64,000 nt of DNA from Fimbriimonadales bacterium (GTDB lineage Bacteria > Armatimonadota > Fimbriimonadia > Fimbriimonadales > ATM1): contig JBPCLO010000013.1 of the NCBI GenBank assembly GCA_051003155.1, forward strand, positions 32,001-96,000, read 5' to 3'. The first letter of the stretch is position 1. Every line of letters starts with the position of its first letter. The notes under the pieces were generated by a model that ran no database searches, was not told where the DNA came from, and saw nothing but the letters and a program-made list of their open reading frames with translations. Below, piece after piece: positions 8,792 to 18,764 of the stretch. A program made the position numbers and the translations under genes.

Positions 8792-10831
8792 GCTTCAGGG
8801 CGTCTCCGTGCCTCCCCATTGCCAGGTAGGTCCACGCGAGGTTGTTCATGCTCGTGAGTGTGCCTGGGTGGTGCTCGCCCAGCGTTTCCTTGCTTAGCGC
8901 CAGCACCTTCACCTGGAGCTTCAGGGCGTCCGCGTGTCTTCCCATTACACGGTGGGTCACGGCATGGTTGTTCATGCTCCCGAGCGTGTCCGTGTGGCGC
9001 TCGCCAAGCACCTCCTTGCTTAGCGCCAGCACCTTCAGCTGGAGCTTCAGGGCGTCCGCGTGTCTTCCCATTACACGGTGGGTCACGGCGAGGTTGTTCA
9101 TGCTAGTGAGTGTGTCCGGGTGGCCCTCCGCCAGCACTTCTTTCTTCGCCGCGAGCGCTTCCTCCTGGAGCTCCAGGGCGCCGCATGCCTTCCCATCGCC
9201 CCGTAGGTCTCGGCGAGGTTGTTCACGCTCGCGAGGGTGCTTGGGTGTCGCTCCCCCAACACTTCTTTCTTCGCCGCGAGCACTTCCTCCTGGAGCTCCA
9301 GGGCGTCCGCGTGTCTTCCCATCGCCCGGTAGGTCTCGGCGAGGTTGTTCATGCTCACGAGGGTGCGCGGGTGGCGCTCGCCCAGCACCTCCTTGCTCGC
9401 TTCGAGGACCTCCTTGTGCAGCTCCAGGGCGTCCGCGTGCCTTCCCATCGCCCCGTAGGTCTCGGCGAGGTTGTTCACGCTCGCGAGGGTGAGCGTGTGG
9501 CGCTCGCCCAGCACCTCCTTGCTCGCTTCGAGCACCGCCTTGTGTAGCTCTAGGGCGTCCGCGTGCCTTCCCATCGCCCCGTAGGTCTCGGCGAGGTTGT
9601 TCATGCTCATGAGGGTGTCAGGGTGTCGCAAGTCTGGCCCACGCAGAGCCACAATTCGTTCGGCAACCGAAATGGCATCCTTCCGCTTTCCGCTAAAATG
9701 GAGGGCTAACAGCAAGTCATTTAAGAGATCTGGGTCGTCATCCTTGAGAGCGGACGCCTTTCGGTATTGCCCTTCGGCGTCGGGGAAGCGGTGCTGCCGC
9801 ATGAATACATCGCCCTTTCCCTTATGCACGCGAACGGCGACCGTGTCCACTACGGCCTCAACTTGGTCGTAAAGCGCGAGCGCTTCATCCAACTTCTGCT
9901 GCGCGAAGGCTATAAGCGCCTGCTCAAGGATGTTTTCATGGACGTTGCCACGTGCGAGTATTTCCTCGCGCTCTTGGAGAAGCCTCTCAATCTGCGCCTT
10001 GTGCCGCTCGTCCTGGGCTTCGAGTCTCTGAAGCTCAGCAGAAAGATCGGGGCTTGGTTTCGTCAGGTTCGCAAGCGCTTCTATCACCTGAGTGTGGCGT
10101 ATCTCGTCCGCGGCTTTCTGTTCCTCCTGGTTTTTTAGCACCGTCGAGGTATCGACTTTCACGAGGGCGATGTCGGCCAGGATCTCGTCAATCTTCGGAC
10201 GGAGCACGCCCACCTCATCTGAAATCGCGCTCCTGACTGTTTCCTCCAGGCGAGCAATCAGTGATTCGAGGTGTTTAGCAACGACGATCTCGCCTGGAGG
10301 CTGCTTCTCTGGAGGGTTCTGGCCCCGGTTATTGAGCGTCTCGAAGAGCGTCCACCAACAGGCGGTCTGGAAGGCAATCAGCGCCTTGTTATGACGCTGC
10401 TGCTTTAAGATTTGCGCGAAGGCGGCCACGAACGCTTCCGGCAGCCTCGCTTCGATCTGGTCCGCGAGCGTCTCCGTTATGGGCCGGCGCGTGCAAGCCC
10501 GGATATGCGGAATCAGGAAGGTGCCTACTGCCGCTACGTCGCCTCGGACGAATTGCTTCATCAGCTCCTTGGGAAACTTCGGAGAGTCAGGGATTAGATT
10601 GTCATTAGCCCATTTCTCGATGCATTCGGTCGCAGGATGACTTGCAGGACTGACGCTCTCGAGACTCCGAGCGGCGGCGATAAGAGCGAGCTTAATCGCG
10701 GCTTCGAAATGGAAATTGCGGCTCGTCGAAAGCCGTTCAGACGCGCCATCCCACGCGCGGCTCAGGAGATCGGCCGTTACACCGGTCAGAGATCCGAAGG
10801 CAAAAACGCCGATTGTAACGGGGTCAGGCAT
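8709..10831 (-). pseudogene. TPR-repeat protein (helical N-domain, coiled region, 42-aa TPR_10/12-type repeats), frameshifted and truncated
   Basis: ORFs 9098-10831 and 8709-9137 form one frame if one base is restored at 9180/9181; repeats read HPDTLxSMNNLA..Y..MGR..DAL.L...VL...KEVLGER. Confidence 0.85.
8742..9625 (-). repeat. Seven tandem 126-bp coding repeats (one is 125 bp) plus the start of an eighth
   Basis: GTTGTTCA recurs at 8841, 8967, 9093, 9218, 9344, 9470 and 9596. Confidence 0.95.
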
Positions 10832-10885
10832 GTAAGGCTCGCTGAGTTAGAATTTACCCTGATAAGATAACGATCCTGTTCGCCA

Positions 10886-13342
10886 TTACTCCTCGATGCT
10901 GCCGTCGTCGCTGTCGGTCACGAGCCGGGCGATCGAGGCGACCTGGTCATCCGCGCCCAAGTTGATCAGCTTCACGCCCTGCGCGATGCGGCCGACCGTG
11001 CGAATCTCCTTGATCCGAAGTCGAATCGCCTTGCCGCGGTTGCTCATCAGCACGAGCTGATCTTCCCGCTCCACGATCTCCGCGCCGATGACCGGGCCCG
11101 TCTTCGCCGTCACGTTCATCGTGATGAGCCCGTACCCACCGCGGTTCTGGGGCCGGTAGTCCGAAAGCGGCGTGCGCTTGCCGAAGCCGTTCTCGCCAAC
11201 GACAAGCAGGTCGATAGTGGGGTCCTCGACCAGCATGGCCGACACGACCTGATCCCCCGCCCGCAGGTTCATGCCGCGTACGCCGCCCGCCGCGCGCGAC
11301 CGGCCCGTCAGCAGCTTCTCGTTGAACCGGATGCTCATGCCCTGCCGGCTGATCATCAAGACGTCCTGATCGCCCGTGCTCCGCATGACCCAAGCCAGTT
11401 CATCGCCGTCCTCGATGTCGAACGCACGGAGCCCGTTCGTCCGCAGGTTCGCGAACGCGCTGATTGGCGTCCGCTTGACCTCGCCCATCTTCGTGGCCAT
11501 CACGAGGAAGCCCTCGCCGAGGATGTCCTTCACCGTGAGCGTGGCCGTAACCATCTCGCCGCTCTCGATCTGGATGTAGTTGATCACCGGCGTGCCCTTC
11601 GCGTACCGGCCCGATTCCGGAATCTCGTAGGTCTTCAGCCGGTAAACGCGGCCCTTGTCGGTGAAGAAGAGAATGAAATGGTGCGTGCTGACCTGGAAGA
11701 GGTGCCCGACCTCGTCGTCTACCTTCATGGTCTGCCCGACTACGCCCTTGCCGCCGCGCCTTTGGCCCCGGTACGCGTCGAGGCTCATGCGCTTGATGTA
11801 GCCGTCGCGGCTAATCGAGACGATCGCCTCCTCCTCGGGGATCATGTCCTCTTCGCCGATCTCGCCGGCCTCCATCGGAATGATCTTTGTACGCCGCTCG
11901 TCGCCGTGCCTCTTGCGCAGTTCCTCGAGCTCCTCGCGCAAGATCAGCTCGATCCGCTTCGAGTCGCTGAGAATGTCCATCAGGTCGGCGATCTTGCGAA
12001 GGATCTTCTTGTATTCCTCCTCGAGCTTGAACTGCTCGAGCTTGGTGAGCCGGCGCAGTTGCATGTTCAGGATAACGTTCGCTTGGAACATGGTCATCCC
12101 GAAGCGCCGAACCATCTCGCGCCTAGCTTCCTCAGGGTCGTCGGCCGCCCGAATCACCTTGATTACGTCATCCAGGTTCGCCCGAGCGATCTGATATCCC
12201 TCGCTGATGTGCGCCTCTTCGAGGGCGCGGTATAAGTCGTACTTAGTTCGCCGCTCGATGACGGTCTTGCGATGCTTCAGGTATTCGTCGAGGAGCGTTG
12301 CAATCGGCGCCGTGCGGGGCACCCCCTCCACGAGGCTGAGGAGAATCGCGCCGAACGAAGTGCGCAAAAGCGTGTGCTTATAAAGGTAGTTCAGCGCCTT
12401 GTTCGGATTGCCGTCTCGCTTGATGATAATCTCTACGCGCATGCCGCGGCGGTCGCTGTAGTCCTCGACGCCACCGATCGCATCCATCTTCTTGTTTCGA
12501 ATGATGTCGGCGATTTGCTGAATCAGCGTCGTCTTATTAACTTGGTAAGGAATCTCGCTCACGACGATAACGCTGCGCCCGCCGTCCATGGGCTCGATCG
12601 CCGTCTTCGCCTGCATAACGATGCTCCCGCGGCCAGTCTCGTACATGTTGCGAATGCCCTTGGTCCCGAGGATCATCCCGTAAGTGGGGAAGTCGGGCCC
12701 AGGAAGGACCTTCACGATATCCTCGACGCCGCACTGTGGCTCGTCGAGCCGCAGAAGAATCGCATCCACGACCTCGCTCAGGTTGTGCGGCGGCATATTG
12801 GTCGCCATGCCGACCGCGATGCCCTGCGTGCCGTTGCAAATCAGGTTCGGGAACTTTCCGGGCAGCACCATCGGCTCGTTCATGGTCTGCAGATAGTTCG
12901 GCGTCCAGTCGATCGTCTCACGCTCGATGTCTTCCAGAACTTCCATGGCGACCTTGCTAAGGCGAGCCTCCGTGTAGCGGAATGCCGCCGGTGGGTCTCC
13001 ATCGATGCTGCCAAAGTTGCCCTGCGGATCGATCAGCGGATAGCGAAGCGAGAAGTCCTGGGCCATTCGGACCATCGTCAGGTAGATCGCGTCGTTGCCA
13101 TGCGGGTGAAAGTTTCCGGAGCAGTCGCCGATAATCTTGGCACTCTTGGTCCGGGCCCGGTCGGGTGTCCAGTTCCCTTCGAGCATCGTGTAGAGAATAC
13201 GACGTTGAACGGGCTTCAGGCCGTCGCGAACGTCGGGGAGTGCGCGAGCGATAATTACACTCATCGCGTAGTTCACATAACTACGCCGCATCTCATCTTC
13301 TACTGGGACTATCTGAGTTCGTGGAAGTTCGTTTTCGGGCAC
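10886..13342 (-). CDS. gyrA: DNA gyrase subunit A
   Basis: RALPDVRDGLKPVQRR, catalytic RYTEARL, GyrA-box QRRGGKG, C-terminal pinwheel repeats. Confidence 0.97.
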   Translation of the reverse strand: MPENELPRTQIVPVEDEMRRSYVNYAMSVIIARALPDVRDGLKPVQRRILYTMLEGNWTPDRARTKSAKIIGDCSGNFHPHGNDAIYLTMVRMAQDFSLRYPLIDPQGNFGSIDGDPPAAFRYTEARLSKVAMEVLEDIERETIDWTPNYLQTMNEPMVLPGKFPNLICNGTQGIAVGMATNMPPHNLSEVVDAILLRLDEPQCGVEDIVKVLPGPDFPTYGMILGTKGIRNMYETGRGSIVMQAKTAIEPMDGGRSVIVVSEIPYQVNKTTLIQQIADIIRNKKMDAIGGVEDYSDRRGMRVEIIIKRDGNPNKALNYLYKHTLLRTSFGAILLSLVEGVPRTAPIATLLDEYLKHRKTVIERRTKYDLYRALEEAHISEGYQIARANLDDVIKVIRAADDPEEARREMVRRFGMTMFQANVILNMQLRRLTKLEQFKLEEEYKKILRKIADLMDILSDSKRIELILREELEELRKRHGDERRTKIIPMEAGEIGEEDMIPEEEAIVSISRDGYIKRMSLDAYRGQRRGGKGVVGQTMKVDDEVGHLFQVSTHHFILFFTDKGRVYRLKTYEIPESGRYAKGTPVINYIQIESGEMVTATLTVKDILGEGFLVMATKMGEVKRTPISAFANLRTNGLRAFDIEDGDELAWVMRSTGDQDVLMISRQGMSIRFNEKLLTGRSRAAGGVRGMNLRAGDQVVSAMLVEDPTIDLLVVGENGFGKRTPLSDYRPQNRGGYGLITMNVTAKTGPVIGAEIVEREDQLVLMSNRGKAIRLRIKEIRTVGRIAQGVKLINLGADDQVASIARLVTDSDDGSIEE

Positions 13343-13496
13343 TTTCCGATCCTTGGCAATGTGCGCGGCAAAGGAGCTTGCGCGGCGATCCTGGAGGGTG
13401 TTATTGTACCTGCTCGACGGGTTTCTGGTTCAAAGTCGAACCGACGTGGAGTGCACGTTTAGAACACCCCGAGCGTCTATAATCGGAAAATCGATC

Positions 13497-14246
13497 ATGA
13501 AACTATTCGCGTTACTCTCGGTTCTCTTGGCGGCGATCTTCGTTGCGAGCTGCGGCGGTAGCGGCGGAGGTGGAGGTGGCGGAGGGGGCGGGCCATACTC
13601 GTCAGTGCGAGTAGAACTACCCGGACGCGATCCCCTCAATATCGTCGTTGGCGAGACGGTTCGCTTCGAACTGGCCGGTTACGACGAATTCACCGGAGAG
13701 CGGGACGTCCTGCAAGCAACATCATGGTCGATTCTGGACAATCCGAACGTGGGCACGATCAACGCCAATGGCCAGTTCACGGCTGCTCTTCCCGGCAATG
13801 CCAGGATCGCGGCGACGTGGAACGGCACACCACCGGCGATGCCATTGAGAATTACCGTTCGACCCCAGGGTCTCGCACGCCTGACCGGCACGGTGCGTAA
13901 CGCGTCGGGCGGAGCGGGCGTCGGGGGCGTACAGGTCATTTTCTTCAACCAGGGCAACGCCGAGGTCGGGCGCGCCACGACGATGTCGAACGGTACTTTC
14001 TTGGCCCAAGTCCCGACGACCGCGACGACCATGAACTTGGCAGAGAACACCCTCTCGGGCCGCTGGCTGAAACAGTGGGAATACAGGGGAATGGTCTACC
14101 AGGCGGGGAACTCGATCCCTAATTGCCACGCGACGTTTGTCGTTTCGAATCCGCCGTTGAACGGTGGCGAGACTGACGATATCCCGGACCCGTTACGCGT
14201 TTTCAGCTTAGGAACCCCACCGCCGTTCCCGGACGGCTGCAAATAG
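13497..14246 (+). CDS. Lipoprotein with poly-Gly linker and Ig-like plus carboxypeptidase-regulatory-like domains
   Basis: MKLF...VASC lipobox, Gly run, WS..NPNVGTINANGQFTA, LTGTVRN...ATT.SNGTF; TATAAT at 13478. Confidence 0.75.
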   Translation: MKLFALLSVLLAAIFVASCGGSGGGGGGGGGGPYSSVRVELPGRDPLNIVVGETVRFELAGYDEFTGERDVLQATSWSILDNPNVGTINANGQFTAALPGNARIAATWNGTPPAMPLRITVRPQGLARLTGTVRNASGGAGVGGVQVIFFNQGNAEVGRATTMSNGTFLAQVPTTATTMNLAENTLSGRWLKQWEYRGMVYQAGNSIPNCHATFVVSNPPLNGGETDDIPDPLRVFSLGTPPPFPDGCK

Positions 14247-14247
14247 C

Positions 14248-14679
14248 ATGAGCTTGCGCGGATTCCTCCTCGGTCCGGGCGGGGCAGGTTCGCCAAGCGC
14301 CGACTTCGGTCTGCTCTTGTTGCGCCTCGTCGCCGGTTTGTCCCTTGCTTTCGGACACGGCCTCGGAAAGCTGCCCCCTAGTTCCGAGTTTATGTCCGGA
14401 GTCGCGAAGATGGGATTTCCAGTACCGGAAGCATTCGGATGGGCAGCGGCCCTCTCCGAGTTTCTCGGAGGCATCCTGGTCGCCCTGGGCCTCCTGACGC
14501 GTCCCGCAGCTCTCGTTGCATTCACCACGATGGCCGTCGCTTTATTCGTTCGCCATGGTTCGGACCCCTTCACGACTAAAGAGAAAGCATTGCTTTACGC
14601 GGCGGTTTTCCTGGCTATCCTCTTCACTGGAGCGGGTCGATACAGTTTCGATTCGGCCATCGGGGGCAAGGGCAAGTAG
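14248..14679 (+). CDS. DoxX-family membrane protein
   Basis: GLLLLR, HG..K, E..GG....LGL.TR, GAGRYS.D. Confidence 0.9.
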   Translation: MSLRGFLLGPGGAGSPSADFGLLLLRLVAGLSLAFGHGLGKLPPSSEFMSGVAKMGFPVPEAFGWAAALSEFLGGILVALGLLTRPAALVAFTTMAVALFVRHGSDPFTTKEKALLYAAVFLAILFTGAGRYSFDSAIGGKGK

Positions 14680-14698
14680 CCGGTAAACTCTTGCCCCG

Positions 14699-15883
14699 AT
14701 GCCTGCACGATCCAAGCGTTTAGACGATATCCCTCCTTACCTGTTTGCAGAAATAAGCCGCATCAAGGCCGAGATGCGCGCGAAGGGCGAGGACATTATC
14801 GACCTGGGAATCGGCGACCCCGACCAGCCTACGCCGACGCCCATCGTCGAAGCCCTCTGCAGAGAGGCGCATAATCCCGCTACGCACACGTACGATGAGT
14901 CCCCCCGTGGCTGGCGTCCATATCTAGATGCCGCAGCGCGCTGGTATCAGAAGACTTATGGGGTGTCGCTCGATGCCGGTACCGAGATGCTCGAAGTCAT
15001 CGGCAGCAAGGAAGGCTTGGCGCACCTCGTATGGGCTTACGTGGACGAAGGCGACGGCGTGATCGTGCCTAATCCAGGGTATCCCGTTTACCGTATGCAC
15101 TCCGTGATGGCCGGCGGGCGCATTTATGACGCCGAGATCAAGGAAGCGAACGGCTTCTTGCCCGTGCTCGAGGATATACCATCCGAAACGGCGAAGAACG
15201 CCAAGCTATTTTTCGTCTGCTATCCGAATAACCCGACTGGCGCTGTCGCTACGGCCGATTTCTACCGCGACGCCGTCCGTTTTTGCAAGGATCACGACAT
15301 ATTGCTCGTCAACGACATGGCTTATGGCACGGTTACGTACGAAGGTTACGTCAGCCCGACGGCCCTCCAGCAAGAAGGCGGTAAAGGGGTGTGCATCGAG
15401 TTCCATTCCCTGAGCAAGATGTTCAATATGACGGGTTGGCGTATCGCATTTGCCGCGGGCAACCCGGACGCCGTAGCGACGCTTGGAAGACTGAAGGACA
15501 ACATCGACAGCAAACAATTTCCCGCCATCGCGGGTACTGGCGCCTTCGCCCTCGAGAATTGCAATAACTCTGCAACCTTCAAGCTATACGAAAAGAGGCG
15601 GAATATTTTATGCGACGGCCTCAATGAAATCGGATGGAAAGTAAATAAGCCCAAAGCGTCCTTCTATATTTGGGCTAAGGTTCCAAGCGGCTATACCTCT
15701 GCAGAGTTCTCCAATCACCTGCTCCAGGACGCGAAAGTGCTCTGTATTCCCGGAGACGGTTACGGCTCCGCGGGCGAGGGATACGTGCGCATGAGCCTCA
15801 CCATAAAGGGCGACCGCGACGGGGAAATGATGCGTGAAGCCGTGCGCAGGATTGCCGTCTGCGGTATCGATTTTTCGGCATGA
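14699..15883 (+). CDS. dapL: Class I/II PLP aminotransferase, LL-diaminopimelate aminotransferase-like
   Basis: PPYLFA, DLGIGDPD, GSKEGLAH, YPNNPTG, SLSKMFNMTGWR. Confidence 0.75.
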   Translation: MPARSKRLDDIPPYLFAEISRIKAEMRAKGEDIIDLGIGDPDQPTPTPIVEALCREAHNPATHTYDESPRGWRPYLDAAARWYQKTYGVSLDAGTEMLEVIGSKEGLAHLVWAYVDEGDGVIVPNPGYPVYRMHSVMAGGRIYDAEIKEANGFLPVLEDIPSETAKNAKLFFVCYPNNPTGAVATADFYRDAVRFCKDHDILLVNDMAYGTVTYEGYVSPTALQQEGGKGVCIEFHSLSKMFNMTGWRIAFAAGNPDAVATLGRLKDNIDSKQFPAIAGTGAFALENCNNSATFKLYEKRRNILCDGLNEIGWKVNKPKASFYIWAKVPSGYTSAEFSNHLLQDAKVLCIPGDGYGSAGEGYVRMSLTIKGDRDGEMMREAVRRIAVCGIDFSA

Positions 15884-17124
15884 CGTACGCCGAGGCGCGA
15901 GCATACATCGCTTCGCTCGAGGGACGGGGTTGGCGGTTGGAGCTAGACCGAATGCGCGAGTTCGTGCGCCTCCTGGGCAATCCTGAGCGTGAATGCCGCT
16001 GCTTCCACGTCGCGGGGACAAACGGGAAGGGCAGCGTCACGGCCATGATCGCCAGTGTGCTGAGAGAGTCGGGTTTTACGGTCGGCTCTTTCTTTTCTCC
16101 CTTTGTTTATGATTTTCGCGAAAGGATCCAGATCAATGGCGAAATGATTTCGGAACAAGGTATCGCGCGGTTGACCGAAATGCTTATTCCAATTTGCGAG
16201 CAGCTGGCCACCTCGCCCCTGGGAGGCCCTACGGAATTCGAATTTAAGACTGCTATGGGTTTTTGCCATTGGGCCGAGAAAAGATGCGACTACGTCGCCC
16301 TTGAGGTTGGTTTGGGTGGGCGACTCGATGCGACGAATATCATCGAAAAGCCGGTTGTCACTATTATTTCGCAGGTCGGGCTGGACCATCAGCAGTATCT
16401 GGGTGACACGATCGAAAAAATAGCCGCCGAAAAGGCGGGAATACTCAAACACGGCTGCCCAGCGGTCTCCGGTGCGACCGACGAAAGGGCCAAGAACGCA
16501 ATAAGCCACAGCAGTCTTTGGCGAATTCCCGAAGAGTTTTCATACACGGATGATTCGATCACCACACCGGTGAAGATCCGCAGCGGCATAGAAACAAATC
16601 TCCTCGGGGGTTTTCAGCGTCACAACCTCGCGGTCGCCGTCGCGGCGATCGACGCGAGCGGTATAGCCATTCCTGAAGAAGCCCTGCGGCGCGGCCTGGT
16701 GAACGTGAGTCTGCCCGGCAGGATGGAGATCGTCCGCCGGCAGCCTACGGTTATTCTCGACGGCGCTCACAATCAACAGTCGGCAGAATCAGTTGCAGCG
16801 TCAATAGCCGCTCTGTTCCCCGAGAAACAGGTTAGGCTGGTCTTCAGTTCCGCCACCGGCCACGAACCATCCGGCGTTCTCCGAGCATTCGCGTCTCTGC
16901 TCGAGAAGGCATACGTTTGTGAGATTGCACATGAGCGCGCCCAGCCGCTCGGTCAAATCGTATCCGCAGCCGTAACCGCACTGGACCCGGCAAGGATTCA
17001 AGTCTGCGCGGGTGTTGCAGACGCGGTTAGCCAGGCGGTCGGTGAGTGCACGGAGACCGAAATCGTGCTCATCACCGGGAGTTTTTATTTACTCGGCGAA
17101 GCAAAGGCCACCTTGGGAGCTTGA
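15880..17124 (+). CDS. folC: Dihydrofolate/folylpolyglutamate synthase
   Basis: HVAGTNGKGS, EVGLGGRLDATN, PGRME, DGAHN, ITGSFYL. Confidence 0.95.
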   Translation: MTYAEARAYIASLEGRGWRLELDRMREFVRLLGNPERECRCFHVAGTNGKGSVTAMIASVLRESGFTVGSFFSPFVYDFRERIQINGEMISEQGIARLTEMLIPICEQLATSPLGGPTEFEFKTAMGFCHWAEKRCDYVALEVGLGGRLDATNIIEKPVVTIISQVGLDHQQYLGDTIEKIAAEKAGILKHGCPAVSGATDERAKNAISHSSLWRIPEEFSYTDDSITTPVKIRSGIETNLLGGFQRHNLAVAVAAIDASGIAIPEEALRRGLVNVSLPGRMEIVRRQPTVILDGAHNQQSAESVAASIAALFPEKQVRLVFSSATGHEPSGVLRAFASLLEKAYVCEIAHERAQPLGQIVSAAVTALDPARIQVCAGVADAVSQAVGECTETEIVLITGSFYLLGEAKATLGA

Positions 17125-17144
17125 CCTTCTGTTAAGAATCGACC

Positions 17145-18764
17145 ATGATACAGTTCATGCGAACTCTCGCGGCCACTCTGGTCATCTTCACCGCCCTCAC
17201 TATCGTCGGATGCGGCAACGGCAAATTCGGCAACTCGGGCTCTGACAAACCCGATCACGTGCTCGTGTTCCCGATCCCGAACAACCCGACGAAGCTCGAC
17301 CCCGCTGCAGTCGAGGACGGCGACACAATCGAGGTGCTCGGCCAGATTTTCGAGGGACTCGTTCAGTACGATGAAAATAATGAGCTCGTACCGAACCTCG
17401 CAACAAGTTGGGACGTTTCGCCGGACGGTACAACGTATACCTTCCACTTGAAGGAAGGAGTGAAGTTCCAGAACGGCCGTGTTATGACCGCGGATGACGT
17501 GAAGTACAGCTGGGACCGTGCAGCCACCCGCAAAGTGCAGAGCCCGACCGTCGAAGGCTACATGGCCGACATCGTCGGATTTAGGGATGTTTGGGACAAA
17601 AAGTCCAAAGACTTGGCCGGCGTGAAGGTTGTCGATCCCAAAACGCTCACCGTAACAATCAACGAACCCAAGGCGTACTGGCCGATGTACCTCCAGTACC
17701 CCTGCTACTTCGTCGTAGCCAAGGAAGCCGCCGGCATGGAGCCGATCACGTCGGTCGAGGATATGGTCGGCACCGGCCCGTTCAAGATCGCCGGGTACAA
17801 GCCCGATCAATCGATCGAACTAGACCGGTTCGACGACTACCACGGTGGCAAACCCGCGCTCGAGAAAATCGAGCGCCTCATCGCGAGCGACCCGCAGACC
17901 CGCAGGCAGCTGTACGAGAGCGGCAAAGTCGACTGGGTTGCCCTCGAACGACAGGACAAGGGGATGGTAGACAAGAACCCTGACATCAAGGCGCATTTGC
18001 ACACGGTCGACCGCGCGGCCATCTGGTACGTCGGATTCGGGCTCACGGAGTTCCCGGCGTTTAGGAAACCGAAAGTTCGCCAGGCATTTGCGATGGCGAT
18101 CGACAAAGGCCGCATCATTTCCGAAGGATTCGATAATGTAAACCGACGCGCAGAGGGCATCCTGCCGCCCGCGCTTCCCGGTTTCGACGAAAACTTTAAG
18201 GGATACCAATTCGAACCAGAGCGCGCAAGGAAACTTCTTGCAGAGGCCGGCTACCCGAACGGCCAGGATTTCCCGCCGGTGAAGCTCTTTTTCCGGGCCG
18301 ACCGCCAGGACGCGAAGATCCTCTCCACGATGGTCCAACAGGACCTCATCAAGAACCTCGGCATCAAAGTGGACCTGGCGCCGACAGAATGGATGGCGCT
18401 GTTGGAGAGGCGGTCGCGGGGGCAGCTCCCCTTCTTTCATCTTCGATGGGGCGCCGATTACCTCGACCCGCAAAACTTCCTCTCGTTCATGCTCCACACA
18501 AACGCCCGAGAGAACACACTGGGCTACTCGAACCCGCAGTTCGACGCCCTCTGCGAAACCGCGGACCGCCTCCCGATGAGCCAGCAAGCCAAGCGCATCG
18601 AACTCTATCGAAAGGCCGAAAAGACGGCCGTCGACGACGCAATCTGGATCCCGATCTACTTCCAGCGCGATCTGGAGCTCGTCCGGCCCACGGTGAGGGG
18701 CCTGCGACGCTCCGCAATGGGGCCGCTCACTCACACAACGACCGACGTTGTCTGGAATCGCTGA
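17145..18764 (+). CDS. oppA: Oligo/dipeptide ABC transporter substrate-binding lipoprotein (family 5)
   Basis: Lipobox IVGC, LDP, PNLATSW.VS.DG..YTF.L, GTGPF, W.ADY.DP. Confidence 0.9.
   Translation: MIQFMRTLAATLVIFTALTIVGCGNGKFGNSGSDKPDHVLVFPIPNNPTKLDPAAVEDGDTIEVLGQIFEGLVQYDENNELVPNLATSWDVSPDGTTYTFHLKEGVKFQNGRVMTADDVKYSWDRAATRKVQSPTVEGYMADIVGFRDVWDKKSKDLAGVKVVDPKTLTVTINEPKAYWPMYLQYPCYFVVAKEAAGMEPITSVEDMVGTGPFKIAGYKPDQSIELDRFDDYHGGKPALEKIERLIASDPQTRRQLYESGKVDWVALERQDKGMVDKNPDIKAHLHTVDRAAIWYVGFGLTEFPAFRKPKVRQAFAMAIDKGRIISEGFDNVNRRAEGILPPALPGFDENFKGYQFEPERARKLLAEAGYPNGQDFPPVKLFFRADRQDAKILSTMVQQDLIKNLGIKVDLAPTEWMALLERRSRGQLPFFHLRWGADYLDPQNFLSFMLHTNARENTLGYSNPQFDALCETADRLPMSQQAKRIELYRKAEKTAVDDAIWIPIYFQRDLELVRPTVRGLRRSAMGPLTHTTTDVVWNR

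Noticed and set aside
8742..9625. CRISPR array or DGR template/variable repeat
   Set aside because: The units are contiguous in-frame 126-bp coding repeats without unique spacers; differences do not appear adenine-restricted and there is no cas or reverse transcriptase gene in the window
6500..10880. Integrated mobile element or prophage
   Set aside because: No integrase, transposase, att-like direct repeats or terminal inverted repeats were found
12272..13462. Long antisense or alternate-frame ORFs (also 2476-3441, 17820-18959, 59885-60946)
   Set aside because: Shadows of well-supported genes, expected in GC-rich DNA, with no recognisable motifs
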